64,000 bases of DNA, from assembly GCA_030141605.1 (NCBI GenBank), contig JAQGDQ010000088.1, positions 613,404-677,403 on the forward strand, in the 5' to 3' direction. The stretch comes from Tubiluchus corallicola. Taxonomy: Eukaryota; Animalia; Priapulida. Below the pieces are notes generated by a model. It made no database searches. It was not told the DNA's origin and was given only the letters and a program-made list of their open reading frames with translations. The position numbers and the translations under genes are program-made. Positions within the stretch are counted from its first letter, which is position 1, and each line of letters opens with the position of its first letter. Of the stretch, positions 53,852-64,000 are shown one piece after another.

Positions 53852-55594
53852 ACAACGTAATGAAATTTTTCGTTCTTATAGTGAAAGAGAAGCATTTTTA
53901 TTTTCCAGTAATAGGTAACTCAGTTGCTTTCCCTTTACCCCTAATAACACGAGCATTTTCACTTAACCAAATAATGTAATGCGGCTATTATCCTTTTACC
54001 AAAGCTGAGGTGCAGTGGTAAACGATACGATAAAGAGAACATAGTCTGCATGTCTTACGTAAAATTAATATTTACTTATCCCCAGTGCTTGATAGTGTTA
54101 GAAAGAAAATGTTATTCATGTACAACAGATAGCCTACTGTAGCAATAATAGTTATTATGTTATGTAAATCTAAAGTAAAGATTGATGTAGTCAGCCTACG
54201 ACAAATTGTAGGCGAAGATTTTACATTATCATTATTATCAAAGGCTCAATGCAGCTGTGATAGGCTACCAGCAAGCTGTCAAAACTTAGCAATGAAAAAA
54301 CTGATTTAATGTAACGGCACATTTAATGTATGCCACTCCTAATCAACACTCATCAGATTCGTCACCATCTGCGAGTATGAGCCAATTCGTTAAATTATAA
54401 TAACGTTATTATAATGTTAAACGGTCATTATATTATTTTATTTTGCATCAAAACAGATGCAACCATATATATATATATATATATATATTACGTCGATAGG
54501 GCCTAATTAAATATCTTCCTTGTTTTCCTACAGGCTGTGATCCAACAATGTTTTTAAACATTCTCTTCCTCAAAAGATACTGAACTAACTTCTACTGCGT
54601 ACAACATAATTGGTAAACTATGTACGTGTATCAAAGTTTTAGACACCATTTAACACACGTCCTCCTATCGAATTCAAAGATTCACACACAAATCTGCTTT
54701 TACGTATTTACAGCAATGTCCATAATTGTCTCATATTACAGTTTTTGTATTATACAGATAATTTTAGCGAATGTATTGAACAGAGGCGTAATAATTCAGT
54801 GTCGCCCATCCACTAAAATATATTAAAAGGCAACATACTTTTTTTCAAGAATGATTACTTGAGTGATAAAATATTATCATGGAAACGTAATTTCGCATTT
54901 CCGGGGGTGACTAGTTCTTCGCTGTTACGTACATTTCGATATTTGCAAAAAAACAGGGCCTGTACTTATCAGTTTAGAAACGTTCAGTTGTGACAAGTGC
55001 ACACGTTCGAGAGCTCATGCGTGAGCACAACAGTACTTGAAATTTGAATTTTAAGCTGAATGTTAAACGCGAAGCTCTTGGAACATTTGTGATGTTGAAA
55101 ATTATGTTCAGTTGTGATGTTTATCACTAGCTGGGCTCGCTCGCCGTTAATTAGGTTTTTAGTCAATTATTTAATTATCAGAAACGCTTTGGCATTATTG
55201 TAGGTGATGTAATGCATATACTTTTTACTGTAATTCAAAATGTAGTAGGATATGAAAATATCATCCCATTTTCCTTTAAACAGACAAACTATATAGCAGC
55301 TGGACACACAAGCAAGTGGATATGTAAAGTACGCAAAAAGCTAACAAATGTATCTAGTTAACTTGCTGTTCCGCCCATAGCATATTCAGATTGTCCGCCG
55401 GCTTAGTGCGCGAAGCGGCAAGTACATAAAAAAGTATAATAAGTGGCTTCCTTTGCTTATGGTAACATTGCTAGTTACTGTAGAGATTACACACATGTCA
55501 ACGCCACACTTAAACTGATTTGTGAGACAGGACGCAGTTTCGGTGTCGTGAAAGGAAGCAACAATATGTAAGCTTCAAATGTTGAGAAAACTTT

Positions 55595-55831
55595 TTAGGT
55601 CGCGAAGTGAAAGATGTGTACATCGATAGAAGTTGCTCTGCTAGGTTGTGCTGTTTGGGGTCTAGTGTTTTTTATGTCTGGTGTAATCGGTACTGTAGTG
55701 GGTTCTCTGGCAGTTAGTAGAATGCCCGTCAGCGCGTTTTCAGTCACACTCTTGTGGGTTGGATCAACAGTATGCGCTGTAATGGTGAGTGTCACATACG
55801 TTTTACAAAGAATCATGATAAGCAGATTCAT
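55595..55831 (-). CDS. Candidate small Thr/Pro-rich ORF (78 aa), or terminal exon of an unidentified minus-strand gene
   Basis: A good acceptor (ctctttgttctag| at 55839) lies 8 nt before aaaATG; GC content is above background; N-terminus is hydrophobic (MNLLIMILC). No homology recognised. Confidence 0.25.
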   Translation of the reverse strand: MNLLIMILCKTYVTLTITAHTVDPTHKSVTENALTGILLTAREPTTVPITPDIKNTRPQTAQPSRATSIDVHIFHFAT

Positions 55832-56939
55832 TTTCGTAGCTAGAACAAAGAGCAATTTTTTTCCTTTTTCTGGAATAGCAGCTTATAATTTATATTTATT
55901 ATCAGTGAGTAACGAAAGGTGAACGCGAACTGCGAAGGTACACCAGTATTTTTAATCGGGCGATTTCGAACACCAGAAACTAGTATGACTACACATAATA
56001 ATTTCCCAACTAATTTGAATTGTAAAACTTGTTTCTAAAGGTAAAAATAAGCAACCAAAAATACATGCAAAAAGTGAAAAAGATAAATTTTTACTTCGGG
56101 TTGGTTCGTGAGTAAAATTTAAAGTTAAATTAATTGTACATGTATATAATTTTGTGCAAAATGTAAACTGGACAGGCTAATAATAATAGGGCTTTGATAA
56201 CTAAATTGCATGCCGAATGTAGAATGGATTTATTGTAAAATTCAGAATTGATAGCGAATAAGAAATATAAATGTGATACAAATGATGCGACATTATATAT
56301 AAAACAAACTCCATTGCTCTGTGTACGATTAATGCCACTTAAATCAGCTACAAAAAAGAACCTAATGTGCCTGCCAACAGCGTGGAATGGTATTAAACAA
56401 GAAGTTAAATGACCCAGCTGCATGGGCTGTTTCTGCTCTAGGACCCTAGTTAATGGCTGTTCGAGATGCTTACAATGTTGCCAATTTGCCAAAACATGGT
56501 GATAATAATTGAAGATGCCATGATGACACCTACAATGATGCCATGTCATTATATTCATAACACCCCAGCCAAGGTGTCATTCTCCTGGCCCCCCTCTACC
56601 TCACCTTTGGAACTGTGAAAGACATTTATAGTTGCCAGCTTGGTGTCCCCTGAGCCTTGGTTCCTTAAGAAAGTGCTTAATCTTCTTATGCGCTAATTTG
56701 GCCCTATAACTTCATCAGCTGTTTTCTTAATACTCGGATTTAGAAAAATTACGCTTAGCTGTCAAGGGATATTTCTCGAATAAAGTCCTGTAAATTGCCA
56801 TTTTCTTTTAACATTTTATATTATTTTAATGTTAACTATATTACAATCAATGCATTCACTTAGATCAACATGTCAAGTTGTCTCAACCTACATAACACTT
56901 AAGCGTAAGCATGTATGGGACATTCTGCTACAGAGATTG

Positions 56940-59075
56940 TAGTACGGACTCGGCACTAGTACGGACTGGAACGGTTCACCACTGCTACTGTACGTTCGCT
57001 ACTACTACACTTCGTCAGGAAAATTTCCTTGCTATATGTTATTACCTTATCCCTTTAGCAAAAGTATTTCAGATCGCCACTAATACGGTTCGCCTCTATT
57101 ACGATTGAAAGTGGTACGTTTTGACATTACTATGATTTGCCACTGTCAGAATTTGCCATTACTACACTTCCACCAGAAAAATTTCTTTACTATGTTAATA
57201 TATTATCCCTTTAACAAGTGTTTCAGTTCGCCACTTGTACATTTTGTCACTACTGCGCTTCACCACTGGTACAATTCGCCAGTAAATTTTTTTTGCTACT
57301 TTATTACCTTATCCCTTTAAAAATGTTTCAGTTCGCCATTATTACGTCTTGCCTCTAGTACAGTTCGTCGGGAAAATTTCTTTACTATATTATCACCTTA
57401 TCCCTTTAACAAAAGTGTTTGAGTTCGCCACTACTACGGTTAGCCACTACTACGTTTCGCCACTCGCCCTACATGGTTCGCCAGTACTACATTTCACCAC
57501 TACTTTGGTTCGCAACTAAAATTTCTTTACTATGCTAATGCCTTATCCCTTTAAGCAAAAGTGTTTCAGTTCACCACCACTATGCTTCACCACTACTACG
57601 TTTCGCCACCACTACGGCTCGTCACTACTATGGTTTCTCTCTACTAGGTTACTACCTTCGTATGATAGGCCTGAACCCAAAATAATCTGTGTCAGAGTTA
57701 CAAGCCATTTGGGCAATTAGTTAAGGAGTTTTAACTTTTACAAATACTACTTTTGTCTCGTCCCAAGAGTTTTTTGCTCTGAACACAACCCGATCCCAAA
57801 TCCTACACAGGAATGCCTTTTTAGACAACCCAGGAAACTTAACACACTAGGTCAGGTAGGTTTACGTATAACCTTTATAGACACTTTTGTTTTGTGAACA
57901 AGCTTCTTTCGGACATAACAACCGATTTTGATAAAATTTGTGCACATGGTAGGCGTGTCACTGTACACCGGCTGTGCAAAAACGTTTGAATTAAATTCAA
58001 TATGGCGGAGACAAGGCGATTTAGACTTTTCTTGAAAAATGACGTCCGCAGATTTTTTCATTCACAAGTTCATCCTGTACTTAATGTTGCAAAAATGACA
58101 ATATGCCCGAAAGTCCATGTTTGGGAAGCAATCAGTCGTACAAAAAAGCCCGCCATTCATCCAAAAAGCAAAAAAAAACAAGTAAAGTACCATGTATTTA
58201 GCAAGTTTTTTCAGGGGCTAGCCGTTACTGTTTTGTGTGGTCTCATCGATTTTAAAAATGAAGATTGGATGCTTATTACTCCCTAAATGAGCCATTGTCA
58301 GGCCTGCAACAAACACCCAACAGTTACCTGCTCTTGGCCTACCAGGTCCGCGAACTATTTGGTCCAGTGGTAAAGGATTAGCCTTTTATGAGACCTTAAA
58401 CAGAAAATGGCTGTCTTCCAGGGAAATAGCATTATGACAGTTTTTTTATTTGCCAAATAATACAGTACGACCTTTGGTTTACGATTCGTGATGTCCGCCA
58501 TGTTGGCTGTCGGCTAACCGAATTTCGTCTTTGTAGGATTTACGATTCTTGAGTTAGCCACAAAAATCCTAGTAGGCGGCTGTAATGTGTCTTGAATATC
58601 CAAGTTACTACACCTGGAGAGCTCTTTTTCCAAGCAAAAACGCTTGCTAAACTTGTAGTTGCCACTCGGTAAAGGCCTGCAGTAGACCTATCAGACTTGC
58701 GTGGCTTGTGTACGAAAGCCTAAAGTTTTATGCCACCATAGTTACTTTATCCTTATATTACTCAAAGCAGATCCGCCATTAACCAAGATGGCGGCCGGTG
58801 GTGATAGTCCTGTCGAATGTCTATCCAACGAGCCGAAACCGTAGTAGTGGCGAACTAAGACACGTTTTGTTAAAGGGATAAGGTAATAAGGCATAAGCAA
58901 AGAAGTTTCACTGACGAACCGTTCTAGTGGCGAACAGTACTAGTGGCAAAACGTAGTAGTAGTGATCAAATGTATTAGTGGCAAAACTTAGTTGTGGCAA
59001 ACCGTAGTAGTGGCGAACAGTAGTACTGGCGAACCGTACCACTGCCGAACTGTGAGTGGCGAAATGGTGGATACC
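56940..59075. mobile_element. Composite foldback-type element, copy 1: modular minisatellite arms in opposite orientation around a ~1.2-kb core
   Basis: 56970-57650 carries repeated TTCGCCACTACTACGG and CCTTATCCCTTTAACAAAAGTGTTT modules on +; 58835-59075 carries the same modules reverse-complemented and ends ...TGGATACC. Core 57660-58830 has AAGATGGCGG/CCGCCAT motifs. Left boundary approximate. Confidence 0.8.
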
Positions 59076-59765
59076 TACTATAGATCCATGAGATGAAATT
59101 ACAGTTTATTTGAGCATAAAGTATGAGGATGCTTATGCACAGCAATGTATAATACAGATTTTTGTTGTGTTGGTCATTTTGTTTAGGTGACGCTTGCTGG
59201 TCTTATTTTGATTGCTCTAGGATTTTCAGGCCGTGTAGCTTCTAGAAAGGTATGCTCATAATAATTTTTACTGTTTTCCGATAGCCCTCTCGAACTAGCA
59301 GTTGAAGTACATTTGTTTCAAATGTCAATGACACAGATGCAGTAATATTTTTTACAAAAAGGACGCAATATCGAGATAACACAATAACACAAAATTTTCT
59401 ACAAAAGTTTTAGGTTCGATTTCTAGACTGTATCATTTGCAAGTCATGGCATTTAGCAACATAAACTGAATTACTTACAGTAATAATAAATGATTAATTA
59501 ACAACAATAAATCTAAGGCAGAACCTATATACAGAGAGGTGTTAATACTTGGGCTCGACCAACAAATTATACATCTCTTGGATTTACCCTTTATCGTGCA
59601 CTCCTTTCACACTTTCTGTCAGATATTACATGTATTTTCGTGCAAGTTTTATTGTTATTAGTTTTATTAGTTTAATTTGTTTCATATAATCGTGCTAATG
59701 AAAAGATAAATAAATGTCTTTGTTTAAATCACTACTAACGACCTTTTTGTGAAAACGCCTAAAGT

Positions 59766-59948
59766 AGCGTTTACTTGTCATCTGAAATGCGTTATCAACT
59801 GCGGAATAGCTGCGTGCAAAAAATCAATAGGAAATAGCTGCAGCAAGAAATGCATAACAGCATAAAGCAGGTTTGATGAAAATAATATAAACTGATTTTA
59901 TCTATTCCGCTATTCCGCATAACGCATTCCGGATTCCTGGTAAACGCC
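59766..59948. mobile_element. Short PIF/Harbinger-like MITE
   Basis: GCGTTTAC...GAAATGCGTTAT at the left and CGCATAACGCATTCCGGATTCCTGGTAAACGCC at the right. Confidence 0.55.
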
Positions 59949-59997
59949 AATTAGGGTTCCGCTAATTTACAGCAGATCATTGTGAATCTTTATTACA

Positions 59998-60320
59998 TAG
60001 AACGAATTCTGCATAGACTGCCAGTAAATTTGTTATCTACCATCTTGTATTCCCGAAGGTGGCATTAAGATTATGTTTTAAGATTATCAAGAAACTTTAT
60101 AGGAACTTACTAGAATAAATTCTGCATCGACTGATTGACGGAATCCGATTTTCGATCTACCATTTTGAATTTAAGATGGTGGCAGTAAGATTATTTTCAA
60201 TTTTGCCGCAAAGCTTTACAGGCATATAAATGTATTAGAATGAATTCCGCATCGACTTGCGAAGTTCATTTTTCAAACGACAATTTTGAATTCAATATGG
60301 TAGTGTAACATCATTTTTCA
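59998..60320. repeat. Three degenerate ~115-125-bp tandem modules with a palindromic CCATYTTGAATT.AAGATGG motif
   Basis: AGAAYRAATTCYGCATMGACT recurs at ~59999, ~60112 and ~60238, each followed by the palindromic motif. Confidence 0.65.
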
Positions 60321-60944
60321 AAAAAGCCCACGGCTCCGGCACCACCAATTCGTGGTGAATTGTCATAAAACTGGAGGGATATACCAGAAAGAATTACCAG
60401 AATGTATTCAATGTGAAGGCGTTTAAAAAAACCTAACAACTTAAACGTACAGTTAAATCTGTCAATGAATATACTGGAATAAATTTCCCATTTATTGGCG
60501 GGGCTAGATTTTTAATGCACAATCTCGAGTTCAAAGTCGCTGGACCAATAGTTCAAGTCGAACTTGCATTCTGTGGCAGCCAAGATTCATTAAGTTAACT
60601 AAATCAAATGCACGAAGTATTACACTTACCTATAGGTTGTTTTCAAACCAAACACAGCTAATTTTAAATTTTTGCGAAGAAGTGCTAACTGCACTTTTTG
60701 TTAGTAGGTACATTAGTGAGTACGCGACATTTGGGTACAGGACACTAGGACAAAGACATTTAGGCACCAATAAAATTTAATATTGTACCCAACTTTTTTC
60801 TTTATTAAAATTTTAATTAATTACTATTTCTTAAGACTCGTGGCTTCTCTATTAAATATATGCATTGTGCAGTAATGTAATATGGAACAATTAATTAAAA
60901 TCAGTGAAATGGTCTTACTCAAAATTGCAAAAACGGTCGTTGTT

Positions 60945-61971
60945 TTATGTATGCTGATGACACAGTACTGATCTATCAGCATAAATCACTTCAGACAATA
61001 ACCAAAGTCCTATAACATGAACTTGGAAAAGCACCAGACTGACTCTTCAAAAATAAATTAATTTAAAATTTAGATAAAACTCATGTAAAGTTGTTATTGT
61101 TTGGTACTGATCTTTAGAAGATCCTAGCATCCAACTCTTTATGATGATAAGCTTCTAAATTCCGTAACAAAAACAAGATACTAAAGTGTAATAGTTGATT
61201 CTAGTTTAAAATTTACAGCGCATATAGTTTTGATGATTAGAAAGATAAACAAAAAGAATGGTATTTTCGTGGATTTCGTCAAAATCTCACTCCACGTGCT
61301 GCAATGCTGATTCATAAATGGTTAATACTACCAAATTTTGACTACTGTGATACGGTTTATTCATCGGCTGAAACTACAATACTGATCAGGTTGCCCAGAT
61401 TATGCATAATAGAGTTACATGAATAATTTTTAAATGTGACCCACGCGAAGACATTATCACCATACACAGAGAATTAAACTGGCTACCACTGGAAATTCGA
61501 CGGGCAAATGCATATAGCATGCTTTATATACAAAATACTTAAAACTGACCAAAATCCTTTAAATCAACACATTTTTGAATATTCGCATCATTATCGAACC
61601 AGGTCAGCCACAAGAAATGAATTACAAATACCATTATGCTGAACACGAGTTGGACAAAAATCTCTAAACTATAAGGGGGCTAAAGTATGGAATTTTTTGT
61701 CAAGTGAATTAAGGAGTAGTAACAATATTAACTTGTTTTATGGTCACCTTAAAGCTTTTTATCAACTGTGTTATTCTAATGAATTGTGTTGTACTTTTTA
61801 AATTTCGTCTTTTTGAGCTGCTTTTAAATTTTGACGTTTTGTTTTTGTTCAAAATATATGAGTTTTGGTATTAGCCTGAATATTGTTTGCAAACTGTGCA
61901 CCAGTCAGGACTTTGTTGTAAACGAACTTTGCTCAATCAAATTATCCTGAATAAATATCTTATCTTATCTA
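60945..61971 (+). mobile_element. 5'-truncated decayed LINE (L2/Crack-like), 3' fragment
   Basis: YADDTVL RT motif at ~60950; later RYL.VIVDSSLKF..HI, ILPNFDYCDTVY, ELNWLPLE.RR, YKGAKVWNFL, all with stops and frameshifts; ends AATAAA followed by a (TATCT)n tail. Confidence 0.85.
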
Positions 61972-62258
61972 GTGACTCTACACTTCCTGGTTTTCCGGGA
62001 CTAGCTATATCAATTAGTAAGCCAATTAATTAAATGATATAATTATGCACTTATCTGGGCTTGTCAATATCAAGATGAACAATAAACATTTTTGTTGCCT
62101 CTCTTGCTAAATGCATGATAATATTATGCGTTACAGCAGTAGTTTTAGACGTTAAGTGAATTATACTATACATAGTTGTTTCCAGTTTTACACGATTGTA
62201 CTCACGAAAATACTGATTTCATTTCGTACAAAAATTCCAAATGCTTTAAAAATTACAT

Positions 62259-64000
62259 GGTATCCAGTGGTACGGTTCGCCAGTACTACTGTTCGCCACT
62301 ACTACGGTTTGCCACAACTAAGTTTTGCCACTAATACATTTGATCACTACTACTACGTTTTGCCACTAGTACTGTTCGCCACTAGAACGGTTCGTCAGTG
62401 AAACTTCTTTGCTTATGCCTTATTACCTGATCCCTTTAACAAAACGTGTCTTAGTTCGCCACTACTACGGTTTCGGCTCGTTGGATAGACATTCGACAGG
62501 ACTATCACCACCGGCCGCCATCTTGGTTAATGGCGGATCTGCTTTGAGTAATATAAGGATAAAGTAACTATGGTGGCATAAAACTTTAGGCTTTCGTACA
62601 CAAGCCACGCAAGTCTGATAGGTCTACTGCAGGCCTTTACCGAGTGGCAACTACAAGTTTAGCAAGCGTTTTTGCTTGGAAAAAGAGCTCTCCAGGTGTA
62701 GTAACTTGGATATTCAAGACACATTACAGCCGCCTACTAGGATTTTTGTGGCTAACTCAAGAATCGTAAATCCTACAAAGACGAAATTCGGTTAGCCGAC
62801 AGCCAACATGGCGGACATCACGAATCGTAAACCAAAGGTCGTACTGTATTATTTGGCAAATAAAAAAACTGTCATAATGCTATTTCCCTGGAAGACAGCC
62901 ATTTTCTGTTTAAGGTCTCATAAAAGGCTAATCCTTTACCACTGGACCAAATAGTTCGCGGACCTGGTAGGCCAAGAACAGGTAACTGTTGGGTGTTTGT
63001 TGCAGGCCTGACAATGGCTCATTTAGGGAGTAATAAGCATCCAATCTTCATTTTTAAAATCGATGAGACCACACAAAACAGTAACGGCTAGCCCCTGAAA
63101 AAACTTGCTAAATACATGGTACTTTACTTGTTTTTTTTTGCTTTTTGGATGAATGGCGGGCTTTTTTGTACGACTGATTGCTTCCCAAACATGGACTTTC
63201 GGGCATATTGTCATTTTTGCAACATTAAGTACAGGATGAACTTGTGAATGAAAAAATCTGCGGACGTCATTTTTCAAGAAAAGTCTAAATCGCCTTGTCT
63301 CCGCCATTTTGAATTTAATTCAAACGTTTTTGCACAGCCGGTGTACAGTGACACGCCTACCATGCGCACAAATTTTATCAAAATCGGTTGTTATGTCCGA
63401 AAGAAGCTTGTTCACAAAACAAAAGTGTCTATAAAGGTTATACGTAAACCTACCTGACCTAGTGTGTTAAGTTTCCTGGGTTGTCTAAAAAGGCATTCCT
63501 GTGTAGGATTTGGGATCGGGTTGTGTTCAGAGCAAAAAAACTCTTGGGACGAGACAAAAGTAGTATTTGTAAAAGTTAAAACTCCTTAACTAATTGCCCA
63601 AATGGCTTGTAACTCTGACACAGATTATTTTGGGTTCAGGCCTATCATACGAAGGTAGTAACCTAGTAGAGAGAAACCATAGTAGTGACGAGCCGTAGTG
63701 GTGGCGAAACGTAGTAGTGGTGAAGCATAGTAGTGGTGAACTGAAACACTTTTGCTTAAAGGGATAAGGCATTAGCATAGTAAAGAAATTTTAGTTGCGA
63801 ACCAAAGTAGTGGTGAAATGTAGTACTGGCGAACCATGTAGGGCGAGTGGCGAAACGTAGTAGTGGCTAACCGTAGTAGTGGCGAACTCAAACACTTTTG
63901 TTAAAGGGATAAGGTGATAATATAGTAAAGAAATTTTCCCGACGAACTGTACTAGAGGCAAGACGTAATAATGGCGAACTGAAACATTTTTAAAGGGATA
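62259..64000. mobile_element. Composite foldback-type element, copy 2 (inverted relative to copy 1), truncated by the window end
   Basis: 62265-64000 is the reverse complement of 57310-59044, and the ORF track shows mirrored near-identical ORFs. Starts with GGTATCCA, the same terminus as copy 1. Confidence 0.92.

Noticed and set aside
55614-55922. Hydrophobic 102-aa plus-strand ORF resembling a membrane protein
   Set aside because: The Val/Gly/Ser bias is what the antisense of a Thr/Pro-rich frame produces; no family motif.
56970-57650. Regularly recurring repeats resembling a CRISPR array
   Set aside because: Repeats are degenerate, the intervening segments are themselves repetitive, there are no cas genes and the context is eukaryotic; this is a transposon minisatellite arm.
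57532-63778. Duplicated 62-94-aa ORFs in both inverted arms
   Set aside because: They are identical only because the DNA is duplicated; no transposase or other motif, and overlapping on both strands.

Overview
AT-rich, intron-rich eukaryotic DNA from an invertebrate animal, probably a protostome (inferred from the nervana-type beta subunit). Most ORFs in the supplied track are spurious; the real genes are spliced, and I assembled them by hand with GT-AG sites and consistent phases. (1) The 5' part of an unidentified Pro/Gly-rich gene on the minus strand, running off the left edge, with two candidate start exons. (2) Centromere protein I (CENP-I) on +, 18 coding exons, ~691 aa, head-to-head with gene 1 across a promoter that has a CDE-CHR/E2F-type element. 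(3) WRAP53/TCAB1 on -, 11 coding exons, ~667 aa, convergent with CENP-I. (4) A Na+/K+-ATPase beta subunit on +, 6 exons, 307 aa. Introns and intergenic DNA hold a decayed CR1/L2-group LINE with a PHD finger and a disrupted 2A-like motif, an Academ-like transposase fossil, other LINE fragments, and many MITE, hAT, Harbinger and Helentron-like non-autonomous elements. The most striking structure is at the right end: two >99% identical inverted copies (at least 1.7 kb) of a composite foldback element around a 3.2-kb spacer. No prokaryotic system, CRISPR array, rRNA or intact tRNA is supported. All family assignments come from recalled motifs, not database searches.
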